In this document: piece after piece, positions 1 through 14,438 of the stretch
Position numbering within the stretch: position 1 is the stretch's first letter
Layout: every line of letters starts with the position of its first letter
Assembly (NCBI GenBank): GCA_977030845.1
Contig: OZ365112.1
Span: 16,678,001-16,742,000, forward strand
Length of the DNA: 64,000 nt
Direction of reading: 5' to 3'
DNA from: Fimbriosthenelais zetlandica
Taxonomy: Eukaryota
The notes under the pieces: generated by a model
What the model was told of the DNA's origin: nothing
Seen by the model: only the letters and a program-made list of their open reading frames with translations
The model's database searches: none
Made by a program: the position numbers and the translations under genes

Positions 1-3000
1 CTACAATGCCCTTAACAATGACCAGAGCTCTTAATGGGTCCATCCCTGACCATAATTACTGCTCCCCATGTCCCCATTTATTATCTTCCCTCGTACACAT
101 GTCAGCCACTAAATCAACCAAGTTTCTTAACCCCATCGTTTTATCAGTTCTACTTGGAAGATATTCTTGTGTACTTCCGATAGAAAAACTGCCATACATT
201 AGGGAGAAATCTTTCTGTTGAAATCAAGAATTTGTGATAAGTAAAAAGAAATATCGGAATGTTACTGAGGCGAAAATATATTGTCTGCACTGGGTGTGGT
301 CAGTCTACATTCCGCGACTAACTTATGACCTTCCTCACCTGGCTGCAGCCCCAGAGGTGAGGTGTCAGCAGAAATATTCCCCTCGGCGATATCTCTCTTC
401 TTCCAATGTCAGCAAGAATAGATGGCTCGGCATGGTTCTCAGTGCTGTGCAGAGGGAATTATCATGTCAGTGGTGGTCGGAGGTGGCTATAAACAATGGC
501 TTTTTGAAATCCTCTGCGTGGCCTTAGTCCATTATGGTAGGGTGTCAACCCGAGGAAGAGTTAATCAGGGGCTGCTAATTGTTCCATAGTCCGTGATGAT
601 GCTAATTATGAATTCCCTGCCTCTAACTTTGTGGACAATTTTACACTGCCACGCAGAAACATAATACATGTAGTATATAGTGTTTTTCGACTGGTGTGTA
701 ACTTCATTACGTCTGCAATACGTTAGATATGATTATTATTACATTGGGGTATAAGGGATCACAGCAGGTAAAGGTAGAAGCAAAAGATTTCTTAATAATA
801 TTGTGAGTTATGCTGACTCTTATATTGGTTACAGCGGGAGACCGATAAAAATTGCAACAAGCCATTTCTGAGATAAATATGACTGTAAGGAAACAAACAA
901 ATATAACCATTTCATCAGTTAAAATTTTGGACATGATTCTATTTAACAATGAAAAGGGGTGTTATGTGAATGAATCTAATTTTGGTATAATATAATATTT
1001 ATAAACTTTTGGTCATTACTTGATGATCGTTACTTGTGTCTAAATATCTCTCCTCCCCACAAACATCCCCTTAATTCCCGACCGAGTTGGTTCCTGCCAA
1101 TCACTTGTCCTTCACCTTTCGTCTCTATTTCCACATAACTACACATTTTCCATTTACCTCATTGATATCTTCTGATAGATCTACGTTTAAAGATGTAGGC
1201 TATATGAAACCGCACAAAATGATAAATCTATCTTTGGTTACAATTTAAAATTAATGTGATAGATCAATCATTTATGTAATCTTTAGGTCATGTTGGGGAA
1301 ATCATCTTGACTTTAATATAATTATGAACATTCCTAGACAAGATATCAGTTTTCCTTGCAAAGCTTGATGGAATGACGGTAAAAAAAACTATGTGATGGT
1401 GTTCAGGAGGATCATTTAGCCGGTGTTCCCGGCTGTAATGACGGGGTATAGAGATGGTGGCTAAGAACCCCTATACGGGTTCACTGCTCCAAGATGTTGC
1501 CTCTGGGGTGAAACTCTTGCCCCTATGAAGGGTACTCTTCCACCAGGAACATGACAATACAACCCCCATTAGTGTCAGCAATGTAGCTAATGTACCTGGA
1601 CGCATGCTAGAGACTATAATAAGCTTCTCAATTCACTCAAGCTTTCATCAAAATCCATTCAAATTAGAGCATTATTTGGCGATGAACAACCCACGAAAGT
1701 TGTTTATTGGACATGTTAATGGGTGAACACGTGTGTGGAGAATAATATACCCCTACTTAACGCTTCTAACCTTGGCCACACACACATTTACTTGCTCATA
1801 TTGTGCAGTTAATAACACCTTCTTCTGATTTATGTGTGTCCACGGATTTAGTCGTTAAGTTGTCGTAAGCTTTGGATATATACTGAAATTGTGTTGGTTG
1901 ATTCACATACATGTATTACCAAAAATCATGCAGGAATATTGTAGCTAATATGCCATCAGTTTATGCGCATAATGTTTTTTTTTCGAAACATATGCCACAT
2001 CGTATACTATTCATGAAGATACATAAATGTATATAAATCCGATGATAATAAGGACAGATTTTTGGAGCTCGTTATTTCATTACTTTCATGATATGTTAAT
2101 CGTTGGCCTTTCAGCTTAGCTGGATAGAAGTCATGAACGTATGTTTTATACATATAGCAGAAAAAAATGTCCCATATTTTATCACGACGTAATTAGAACA
2201 GCATATTGTATAATTAAATCATTATGTGTAGTTGTACATATTTATCATACGTCACACACATTAATATAACACAAGACTAAACATATTGTCAATAAATTAA
2301 TCAAATCTCTATATTTTGAGGGCTCTCAGCACCCTGTTTTATTTTATAGATCTAAAAAGAATGCATTTATTACATGAACATGGACAGTACGGGATCAAAT
2401 GAATATCCGGCCTTGTCATTGTGCAACACTGGATGTTTTGTAATATCAGAGGGGGGAATAACACCTGAGAGTTGACAAAAAAGTGCACCACTTAAGTTTA
2501 TATCCCTGTCTACATAACGTGAGGTATTAAAATGGTGGGCTGCTACAAAACCTGACGGTCTGGCTCCAACGAGATTGTCAGCCATGTTTGCTTAGCTTTC
2601 TTTGCGCCCAATACTTTTCCTTTTCTCTTTTTCCAGTCAGTAAGATTCATGCTTATTGCATCAAGCACTTCTGTTTGCTTTTGGATCGTGGCAGCAAGTG
2701 ATTTTATACACAGTCCTTTTCACTGTCCACAATTCGTGTCAATAGGGAAAAAACATCGCTTGCATTCCTATGTCTATCTGCGCATAATAGTGTAGAAAGA
2801 ATGCACATGTTCCCATTTTTAGGCCTGAGATATTTTCCGAAATGGTTCTTTTGCAACAGGTATGGGACCTCCGACTCTATATTATGATCATGTTTTCGAA
2901 GCTTTTAGTGATGGGGGAATAGTCTATAATATAAGTACATGCACCTATGTATAAGATGTATAGTATAAACAAATCTTCTTCTTTGACACCTCAGTTTGAA

Positions 3001-6000
3001 AAAACATAAATATTCCGTTTAATTTTAAGGTGAACATAAATAAGGGAATGATGTTACATTAAGAAGGATTGAATTACACCTGTCTGTTCGGCGAGGCAAA
3101 CTTGATTCTAACGTGGAAAACATGTAAAGGGCCTACCGAGTGAAAGATAAATCATTTAAATCTCCATTTGATTTAAAGTCATTCCTCAACCGTCTGACAA
3201 CTACTTTGTGTCGGAAAAAGACTGCTTTCCAATTTTCACTGAGGGAGACGCAGGAAGCACGGCGACAGGGGCACTTTTGTCGGCCTAAATAAATAATTTC
3301 GAAAAAATGGTTGAGTGCGTTGGCGTAATTTTGGTGGTGGGGAGTCTTTTTTGTGTGTATCTAAATCGTGCTGGGTTGTGTGTTAGTTTGACATGGGGAA
3401 CGTGATCATATTACTAATCTTCAGCCCGCTACTGCCATGCTCTATTTGGACGCGTGCTGCCTTTTGTAGAGGCTAGAGATTCATCAAAGCGCCTGGGGCG
3501 GTCATTAAAAGTTTGGCAAACATTTCTTGACTCTTGATATGTATTCCTACATAGAGGAAGGACTGGAGGGTCCATGTGAATATAATAAAACACATTATAG
3601 AGTTCAGGAAGGCTTTAATGTAAGGGCATTTCCAATATTATTGGGGCAATACAATTTGGATGATTCACTCTTTTAAACAATTTTATATATGCACAGACCA
3701 AATAATGGAAGGGAAATTTGGAGACTGGATGATTGGGAGGTCCCCCTGGAGTCCCTGTAAATATGGTCTGGTAGCCATGCAGATGCCATTATAATGGGTG
3801 AGGGGTTACAATCTCATTTTTCTTTCACTTTTCTCTGCATATCTTGACTGTCCATGGTTAGGATCAAAATATGGTGAGGCCTATGGATTTATTCTTAAGC
3901 CATTGTTTGTGCTAAGTGGAGTAGGGGAAAAGAGAACATCATGCAGAATGATCAAGATCAACACCAAGGCTTATAAACCAATAAGAAGCCAGCCTGATTT
4001 ATTTCTGACCAAGTTCTGTTTGCATACTACTTCATGAATTCTTAATGTTTCTGCTTGTATTTCTGTTCAGCCTCGCACTAGGTTAGTCAAACCATGGTTC
4101 TTTAACAAACTATCATGTGACAGTGGATGTCATAATATTTACTCTTTTCGTTTCTACGAACAACGAGTATCTTTTACTTTATAAAGCGTATAGTCCCCTC
4201 TACAATACATAATATTGTCGAAGCTCTAGCTTATTAAAAAGCCCAGACCCTCCTCATCCCTGCAAGCAGATTTCACCCCAAAGAAGTTTACCATGTGCCT
4301 GAAGGCATAGGGTGATTTTTTTTTCAACAGGCGCACCTTGTTGACAGTTGTCTAGTCAGAGCCAATGGACATGGGGAGTTTATTAGAGATTTTCACCATC
4401 TCCTCACCACCTGTGGGGTGGATAACAACGGAGCATTCTTTGAAATAAAAAAACTCAAACAAATACAACATTGATTGAAACCCATCAGATGAATATTGAA
4501 TTCGAGAATACTCTCTTGGGGTGAAAAGAAAATGTTGTCTAATATTTGGGCGAATTATATAGAGTGCTATTGGCTATAGTTGAGTATTTAACTTTCGTTG
4601 GATGTACTATAATGGAAAGGCATCTTCATCGTTGATGGCGAGACCTGAGAATCCATCTAATAAATGAATTGAACAGACTTCAGGTGGAACCATTGTTGTA
4701 TCGGTAGTTGCACCATCTCGTACCTCTGTGAAACCTAAGTCGTTCACCTTCATGTTCTCTACATATGTAGGTCCGCCATTGTCCAGTGTCTTCATGTCCA
4801 GCATGCTAATTCAGCTCTAATTTACACACAATACCTCCAACTAAAATTACCACTAGACTTATGCCACGTGCATGTCAGGTGAAAAATGTTTCCAAGTGTT
4901 CATAGTTAAAAACACCCAACTCTACCAATCGGCAGTAAATCGTAGTACACATCGCTATTTACTTGTTTAATTAGAAAAGATAAAAGGAACATAATATACG
5001 TGTAAAAATAATTGAGGCACAGTTAAATTCGAAATCGCACATATTATAGAAAGTATGGGTGGGAGGTTAACTGTTCCCAATCCTGACTAAACCCCATCTA
5101 ACATACGGTGTGCAATATGAGAAAGATGTACATTATACAAGTGATGAAAAAACGCTAAGGTTGCACTTCATGGATATTCCTGTAGACCTCCTTCAATCAA
5201 TCATTCCATCGTCATAGACAGATTATTACACCCTTTCCCTATCCATGTCTCATTTCTACTGAAATACCCTGGGTTAGTCTAAACCTAACCATTAATTATC
5301 TTCTTTCTTCTCAAAGCATATAATACAGTGTACTGTAGAGATATAAATCATGCACACCATAGGCCTACCAAGAGTAATAATTTATGCGTCTGCATGCACT
5401 ACAGTTATGAATGGCGGAAAAAATGGAACGGGGATATCTGATGTCTTGTGGTACAGACATACCTTGGTATTATTTACCGAGCGTGGCGGATACTCTTGGT
5501 AGACCTGATGTTATCTGTCTGGTATTTAAAACCAGAATTGTCTATTTTATGGGTCACTAGTCGTGAGGGGAGATCAGACCCATGTCCCCATATCGACCTC
5601 ACCCAGAAAGCTCTATCTATTTGGCCATCACACGACCAAATTTAAACGTGCACTGTCCTCAGATATTTAAATCCTTCATTGTACACACATGTCCACTGTT
5701 CATCGTGCACTGGGTCCAATTGAATGTTAGACAAATTTATGCAAACCTTTGATATTGCATAATTATGATGTAATCCTTATCCTCATCACTCCTTGATGAT
5801 GGTTAATCGTCTTATGATTCTTCAACTTAAATTATAAGGATAAACGCTATGAAGCATGATAAATCTTTGGGTTGTGCTCTATTGGGTCGAAAGGGTGGTA
5901 TAGTATTCATAAAGGGGGTAGAACCCCTGGCAAGGGTTACGCCGACCTAGCGTAAGTTGTCGCGGTGGGTGCTTGTGAAAATATGCTATGTGAAGGGTAG

Positions 6001-9000
6001 AAAAGGGAGCACCCTGGGGTGGGGTGGAACCCTGTGTGTGAGAAAGTGGAAGGGCTGGTCGGTGGTGGGCTATTCCTGACACCAAGACTCCACTGTAGGA
6101 GAATGTTGTATTTACACGAGTCAACCTTCATTTAGGCATACCGTAAATATTTGTTTTAACGTCAGAGAGTGATATAGAAGGGACATAAGGAGAACCAACC
6201 CCTCCTCAGACAAATTCATGAGTTTTTAAAAGGATATTTATAATTACTTATGGTAAAATATTGCAATTTTAACAAATTCACAATGAATAATGCAATCGAT
6301 TCCGCTGATACTTGACTGTAGGCCCAACTAAAAAGTCTAATCAGAAGGGTAACTACATATTCAATTCAAATATTTGGTACCAGAGGGTATAGACATATTA
6401 AATCGTTTAAACCCATCCCAACGATTAGATCAGAACCATGCATGACACAAAGTATTACCAGAGGTTGTAAAGCAAGATGTATACGATAATATGTCATAAT
6501 ACGTATACTGGTCACTCCCACATGTCAAGTGTCACATTCATGTAAACTGTTCATATAATAGGGGGCCATGTCTTACTAGTTTACATGCATTACCCCCATA
6601 ATGTTCTGTATATGAGAAGGTCTGCTGTATGCGCTATTTAAGAAAACAATTTCGAAACATTCAAATGTAAGAGCTAGTGAGTGATAGATTTTATTAGACA
6701 CGCCGCAATAAAGTATTTACCCTTCACCTTTATCTCTACCCTTCACTGACCTCTCTTTACCTGCATATACCAGGATCAAAGAGAAGGCCATGTGAATTAC
6801 AAGTGATCATTCATTCATGTCACCTGCAGTTCGGGACAAACCACCGAAATGAAATATGAAAATGTGAACTTCAACAAATGGACGACATAACAAATGTCAC
6901 ATAACAAATTTCCCCATACCATCTTTGAAATGAATCCAAGTGCTATTTTGAAAATCTTTCATTCAACCCACTTCCCCAAATTAGAAACACAAGTGCATGA
7001 ATTAATGTCTTAAATCGGGGGTGTGCAGTATGGGAGTAACAAAATGTTTCCCTATTTTCTGCTACTCCTTTCACACAGAATTCAGTTAGCCAGAAAGAAG
7101 CACGCGTGTTGCCTCGGACGTTAAACAATCACAATGTGCTCCGTCCTTTTTGGCTACAGTACATCAAGGGTCATGACCATGCCACGAGTTTCCACTGCCA
7201 ACAATGTGTTGCTCATATAGGGGTAAATTTGTCATCGTCCTTTTATCAGAAATCTGATTGAAAGGAAGGGATATCGTTTGCCAACCGCTGTCATGTCACT
7301 CGTCTTCTCAGGGAGAAGGAGGACGTCTTTTGGATATGCCATTTATTAATGTTGGGTCTTTTCAAGTTATATTTCCTTGGAGCAAAACATAAAAGTTATT
7401 TTTTCAATGAAATAATCGTATGTTCCCTATAATAAGCATATATATTCCCCATGAGATGTATCCGAGTAGTTATCTGCTGCATGTATGGAGTAGTATTAAA
7501 AGTTATTTTAATAAAAAACCTATTGGTAGTCAGTATACGTTCGAGCCAGACAAAAGCTTTCATAAAAAGGCAGTCACCCTCTGTGAGTGAGAGAGACATG
7601 AGCGGTTCTTAAACATTAATCTATCAGTATACAGAGTTGGGAGGCAGTTTGCTAATTACAGAATAGTTTAGTCTCTTGACAATAATTAATCGACGAAAGT
7701 CCAAGGATCATGGATGCCGACACCACTCCCCTGTAAAATATGTACCCTTTAATTAAAAATTGATAGTATAGATCCTTGCCAGTCCTTTATTTTGGAAAAA
7801 AAATATTTATAAAGATCACCACATGTGACTTATTGCGTCATTACTTAGATTTTGAATCCAAAGAAATATGAAGTAAGGATGTGAGTGAGTGAGGTGCTGC
7901 TGTTGGCTGGCCCTCAGTTTGAAGAACAGGCCAAGCTTTCCAATTGGGCTCCTGCTTTCATGAGATTGGCAAGATGAAGTATCCAGGTATCATAGCCATT
8001 ACTAAAGTTTAATGAACCTAGTGTGATCCTGGCGTGGTGCTCTTCTGTGGTATAAAGTATGAACCTTTTAAAATTTTCTTTCCTCTGTTATGTTTAGTCA
8101 TCGATGCATGGTCTTATCTTTGGCAACTTCGCGACCTGATAAAGTAGATGAGGCCGGTTATCAGAAGGCCGACTCACCTGAATAGTCTGTGGCTGCATGA
8201 CTTCTTCCTGCTCTCGGAGAGTCAGGGGAATGAGAGAGGATGGGGCTTGGCGTCTGCATTCTGGATATTCATGTAGGCCTATTTCATTTTGGGTGCTGGT
8301 ATAGGGCCCAGACCCAGAATTACAAAGAACCTGTTGATCAGCCATCTGTGTGTATAAAAGATTATAATTATACGTACATGTATAGGCCTAACAAGGAGAG
8401 TGATGGCCAGAGACAAGGAATTGTGATTTCACTATTGTTGTGACCAGCTTTCCATAGATTTCAAAATTATAGTTCCATTTAATTTTCACCATGACAGATT
8501 CTGTATGGCCTCGGGGGCTCTATATGATGGACAAAGCAGGTAAAAGAACATTCACGTGACGATCTCATGACGGCTCAACGCACAGGCATGTTATGAACGT
8601 GTGACTGACTGGCGGCGTATAGATCGGTTCTTGCGATTTCCCCCGAATTTATTGAAATGTAATCTGTTTATTTGAAGCACAAGCTAGTACAAGTGTGTAA
8701 AGAGAACTATAGGTCGGCATTGACCATTTTTATTATGCAACCACAGCACCAAACAGAAATATAGACACCTGAGATTTAAAACATCTCTCATTTCTGTTGT
8801 CTTCCTGTTGTCATATATCTTAAAACTGCTTGCCATACTTTAAAAATCACATAATAAGGAGAGAAGCTGGCTTGCTGTATGCATACGATATGCATGCGCA
8901 TGTTTGTACAGGATTTGATTTGACAGCTATATGCAAGTATCACTATGACCCCAGCATATCATTTGCATGATACTCAATACCCCTATACCTATCGATGGAG

Positions 9001-12000
9001 GTTCATATTGAAACCGAGTTCATGGGAAAATTGGCCATAAGTGCACCTGGTACGTCAAATGTACCTATATGCATTGAGTCAATATATTTTAATAATCTGA
9101 GCTCCATTAATTAATAAAATCTTGCCCATGAAACATAACAAATATGAGATCGATAATACAATTATTATTGAACCTCGAGGAGCTCCGGGTCAGTTCCGCC
9201 AGAAGATGGCGCTGAAACTGCCCTCTTGGCGAAAATGAAGGGAATCCCAATACAGCTTCCCAACAATTACACTAAACCTGCATAGTGAATCAGGCCCTGG
9301 CAAATCCCGGGCAAATCATGCAGCCAACAGCTGTTGTGTGCCTATGATCCTAAACTAAATAGAACTCAATCCCGGTGAATATTTTTAATCCATGCAAGCC
9401 GAAGGGGGAATCAAATAAACGGGGGGTATAACATAGACCAGCTGGCCCATCTATGCACAATGATTTGTAATTCAGGGAAATGTCTTAAGTCCATCACATC
9501 ATCATTCCCCTAATGCAATTTCCTGCAGATGCCGGTCATTTAGGTATGTTCCGGTCATTCCGTCGGTCCCTTTCAAGTGACGTTTAACATTATTTTGGCC
9601 TGGTCAAAGCTCCAGATAAAGTGCCCAAGGCAGTACTTTGCGTCCACGCCAGGGGCCGCTTTGTCGCTATATCTTGTTTGTGCCCTAGGCATGCAAGCCT
9701 TCCCTGCAGCTTTGTGTACCCATTATAACAGGTTCTGTATAATTAACACCTAGATATATTAATCATCAGAGCATGCATATCATTGATCTGCGGCCATGCA
9801 GTTCTTGACATGAAAATGATGCCTGGAACCTATCTAATGCGGTCCAAAAGCAATATTTAATCTTAGAATTGCAGAAATCACATTATTTACACCAAAGATT
9901 TTTATTTTTATTTTTAGCAATCAGATCAACTTTTATGTGGGATCTGGAAAATGCTAGGTTTGCATCTATAAAATGTATAGCCTAAAGCATTCTGTTAACC
10001 AGTTAAACCATATGTCTGCGTGAGCATTATATTAGATACACTGTCCAGGTAAATGGATATTCAAATTTAATCAGTCCACAAATTCTTTAGACTACACCAA
10101 TATTTGTTTTATTTCCCTTTGTGAGCTACTTGAGGCCATGCTAGTGTCTCCGCACGTACCATCCCGGTCTCGCCTTGGGCTACTTGCCCCTAACAAATCT
10201 AGCACTGTTTCTACCACTTGGTTCTGCAGGTGCCCTGGTGGAAGATAACCACACCATGCAGGTGTCATCTGCACGTGCAGCTTTCTTCTCTCTGTGTTTT
10301 CTATTAATAAAAAAAACCTGTGAGGCGGACATATTTAGTAAAGTGAATGGTTGTCTTTTGAGGAAAGATTCGGTCAAACATAAAGGTTAGTACTTTCGTG
10401 GATGACTCCTGAACCATGCTCTAAAGGGCCCATTAGGGATTTATGTAAGAGTGAATTTTGAGCAGCTTCAAACAGGGTTTGAATTAATCGGTAACAAGCA
10501 TTGTTGATGTAACCTCCTAAACTCTCGTTCTCCTCACGTTGTAGCTGAGATTACCGTCGTGATGAGGAGTCTCGTCAAGTGACCGTGACGAAGCGTCTCC
10601 AAGGACTTCTGTCACTGTGATGTCACATGCCATTTTCCCAGACGCCCTTAATCCCCATACAACCTCAGGTTTTCGATTATGCTTCTCAAAATATTAGCAT
10701 CTAAAATGTGCCTTATGGATAGAATAAAGGAAATAAGGAAAAAATAATAATTCTGCCCAGCTTGACAATGCATACCACACGTCAGAACGGTTCCAAACTG
10801 TTTATAACTCGGGCATACGGAGCAAAATCTCATGCAGTTGTGCAGCAAAATATTTGGTCTGTACAAAACAAGACCGGGGCTGTATTTAGACTCGAGCATC
10901 AAGTTTTGTCTACTGAAAATCCAGCTCCCTGACAACCAATAACGCCCACCATATTTCTTCACTATAAAGATAATCAAACTTGGAAAAGCTGGGGCACAGA
11001 AAGTTGTTTTAGTGGAATGGATAGGTTTTTGAGATGAAAAATCTTTATTTCATATTTCTTAACAGATATCTTAGTAAGGAAATAAATGGAATGATTAAGC
11101 TCTTCCTTAAACATCTGGAAGCTTTTGCATAAAATATGCGAGGAGTGAACATAGAGAGCGTCTATAAAGCTGATCTAAGGAGTCCTGTGATAGGAATCTG
11201 GAGAATGACAGACGTTACGTGGACTGAGTGCCGGCTTTCATAAATTGGTCGAAGGGTTTCCTTCTGAGCCCGCCAAGAACTGGCGATTTATGATTCATAT
11301 CTCTAGACAAGCGCTGATGCGCAACAGATCAAAACGCGATGTTCTCCTTAGGCAATTGCTTTTTTCTTGGTTTTAATCCATTTCTTGGCCTCCATGTCAT
11401 GGGTATTATCCCCCATCATTCAGGCACAAGCATGTTGGACTTATACACAACCTGTGTGGGATGAACACACATATGGGTAGAAGTAGAGAGATGTCAATTT
11501 AATATTTCAGGATATAATTGTATGTATCATGGTTGGTGGACGAGACACCCATCAGATAATTGTGAATATTCACCTCACTGGGAGGTGGTTTTCAAGTTCT
11601 AACCTTCATGCATATGCATCCACGAGGCCTTTCCAGCCATGCAGGAAGGAATTCAATGATTCTTCCTCATATTATCATATGACAAATATTCCAGTTAACA
11701 GCAATTTGACTGGTTGGGTTATTGCCCTCATAGCCAGAGAGACCGTACAGAGTGATGCCCCCTGCCAATCTCATTATACTCATTCAGGAATATATGACAA
11801 GAGATCATCTTCCCCATTGATATATTACCGTTTGAATGTCATGACTTGCCAGCAATACCAATAAACAGTAATTTTGCACATATAGATTGGTAATAGGAGA
11901 TCTCTAAGTGAAAGATGCCAGTCTACGACTGGAGTCTTTGCCGGGCCTGTCTGATTAGCGTGCAGTCGGTTACCTCGACCCCTGTCAGCATCTGTCTCTC

Positions 12001-14389
12001 AAGGTCAGCCCATCTCATTTGGTTGACGTGGTGTGAATTGACCTCGCCTGATCTTGAGCTTGGCCGTCGGTGGAGATGAAGGCGATGTTACTCCCATGTG
12101 GTTAACGTCCAGTCAATTTGGACTCGGCATTGGGGTTTCCTCCTGTTGGAGCCGATAATTATGAGCTTCTCCCATTGAAATAGCTAGCGACCTTCAGCGT
12201 GGACAATCGCCATTCTATATGGGGTCGACTCATCCACTTAGAAAAAAATTCACTTCGTAAAGAACAAATATATAGTTTTAGTTACTGCTGTCAGTATAGT
12301 TAAGTAAATCGCTTTGGATTTCCACTTAATCACGTGTGCACCGACAATTTGGAAGTCTATTCAATAATATGGCGTCAGTAGAATACAATTGCATGACAAA
12401 AATTCCAACAGTTAGCCAGTGCACCTCAGTAGACTCACATCCTTAGGTTTGTGCATGAGAGAAGAATAAGGAGGCGATATCTTTGCAAGATTAAAAAAAA
12501 TATATAATCCAGCAAACATGACTGGCGTCATGGATGATGATAGTTTGGATGGCCTTTTGTTTGCTTTCTATTTAGGCTTTTACGACCTGTCGTAAGAGGT
12601 AAGAGCAGAATGATGGCCAGGGTCGCTACCTCTTTTCATTTTTCCACGTGAACAAACATGATCCCCACCAAATAGGTGTCGCCCTTCAGAGACACAAAAT
12701 TTATCCCTTCATAGGACTCTCAAACAGGGATGCATGTATACATGACACATTTATTTTTTAACAGAAAGAGTTTGGGATATAGTAACTTATAGATAGAACA
12801 ATAATCTAACAAGTATTAGCAAGACAAAGTAAAGAAGAAACTGCTACTGTTGATATACATGTGCTTGGATATCCAGGAGGAAGAGTAGTATAAACCCAGC
12901 CGATCACCTGAAGGTTATCACTGGATCAGAGTCATCCTTCTGATGGTCATCGTATGACCATCTTCTGACCACTGTCCTTTTATCTCAGCTCTCATCCCAC
13001 CTTCCCATGCCCTCCACTTGACCGCTCCTATGACCATCACCCTCCACCAAAGATCAGCAAAGGCTACCGCCCCCAAATGGAGTAACCTTATCATAATGAC
13101 TACTTACACACTGCTGACCACTGGTCAAGATAATATTGACCCAGCTCCCTATCATACTTCACTGATTGCTGACCCGTATGACTCTGCTAACATTTCCAGT
13201 AAATCACATCACAATTTCAGATAGACATCAGCCTATCGCACGCGTCCCTATATACTTGGGTCGCGTCCTGATTCGATCTAAAACTTTTACTCCCAAAACA
13301 GGTCTGCCATGTATCTCATTGCCATATTCTGTCCCCATCATGCATGTATAGTCTCCATATATTGACTACTGACCATGAACTTGTCTCAGTCTATTTTAAT
13401 GAGGTATTAATTGGTCAAAGTGGGGGTCGCCTCTCCATGAACCCATAACTTGACTTTCAAGCAAAATGTGCCTGTAATTAAAGTCTTTCTCGGGTTCGCA
13501 GCTTGAAAATTAAAACATTATTCTCTCCCCAGGGTGCGTGTCAGCAGGCGAATATAAGCGCTTCTTAAATATCGCCCTCCAACAGTTATCTGTTAATAAG
13601 CGTTGTCCTCCTCCAATTGCTTTTCATTAAGTTGCTGAGATTTCTATAGTGAAAACTCTTTATCACATGAGAACTATTTTTCATACGAGAAGCTAAACAG
13701 GATAGAGTATGTCCGCTATATTAGGCTTTTCTAATTCTGTGAGGATGCATTATAGAATAGGCTAACCATCCATATATGTCTGCAGAAAGAGATACATATT
13801 TTAAAAGAAAGCCACTTGATAGACTTTTTTTTAAATATATCGGCCATTTTTAATTTAATGCAAAGGGGAGTTTATAGATAATGAAGGCATTTTATCATGG
13901 GAAAATATCATAAGGTATAAAGATTAATGAGATAAGGTAAAAACAGGGTTATATTCCCATGAGAGTCACGTCGAGTTCTTGATGTTTTTTCTCCTTTAAT
14001 TTTCCTTTCCTGGAGTTAAGGTGAAGTGAGGCAGTAATACGCTTGTAGCGTCCCGTCGTGCCGTGTGTGTATCCCACACCAGACTTGCCAGGCTACCCCT
14101 GTAGACCACCCATCTCCTTCCATCATCCTCCGCCAGGGGTTCATACAAGGCAAGAAATAGACATGCTGATTGCTTTGCAAATTAATGGCTTTACATGCTC
14201 CAAATATTTCGTACTGCGTGCTTGCACTAATTAAGGCAAATTGAATGTATAATTGCACTAATTTGACTTGCACATAATATCGAATTAACTATAATTAAAA
14301 TGGGATTTCATCGGTGCCCTAATTATCGATCGAGGATCAGTATAAGATTTATAATTGAATTGATTTTTATCCAAAGGACATATGCATAA

Positions 14390-14438
14390 TATATGTATAT
14401 ATATATATCTATATATATGTATGTATATATATCTATAT
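14390..14438. repeat. Imperfect (AT)n microsatellite
   Basis: tatatgtatatatatatatctatatatatgtatgtatatatatctatat. Confidence 0.85.

Noticed and set aside
1380-1760. Possible non-autonomous DNA transposon fragment (ttcatcaaaatccattc motif)
   Set aside because: No terminal inverted repeats, TSD or second copy visible in the window. Needs RepeatMasker.
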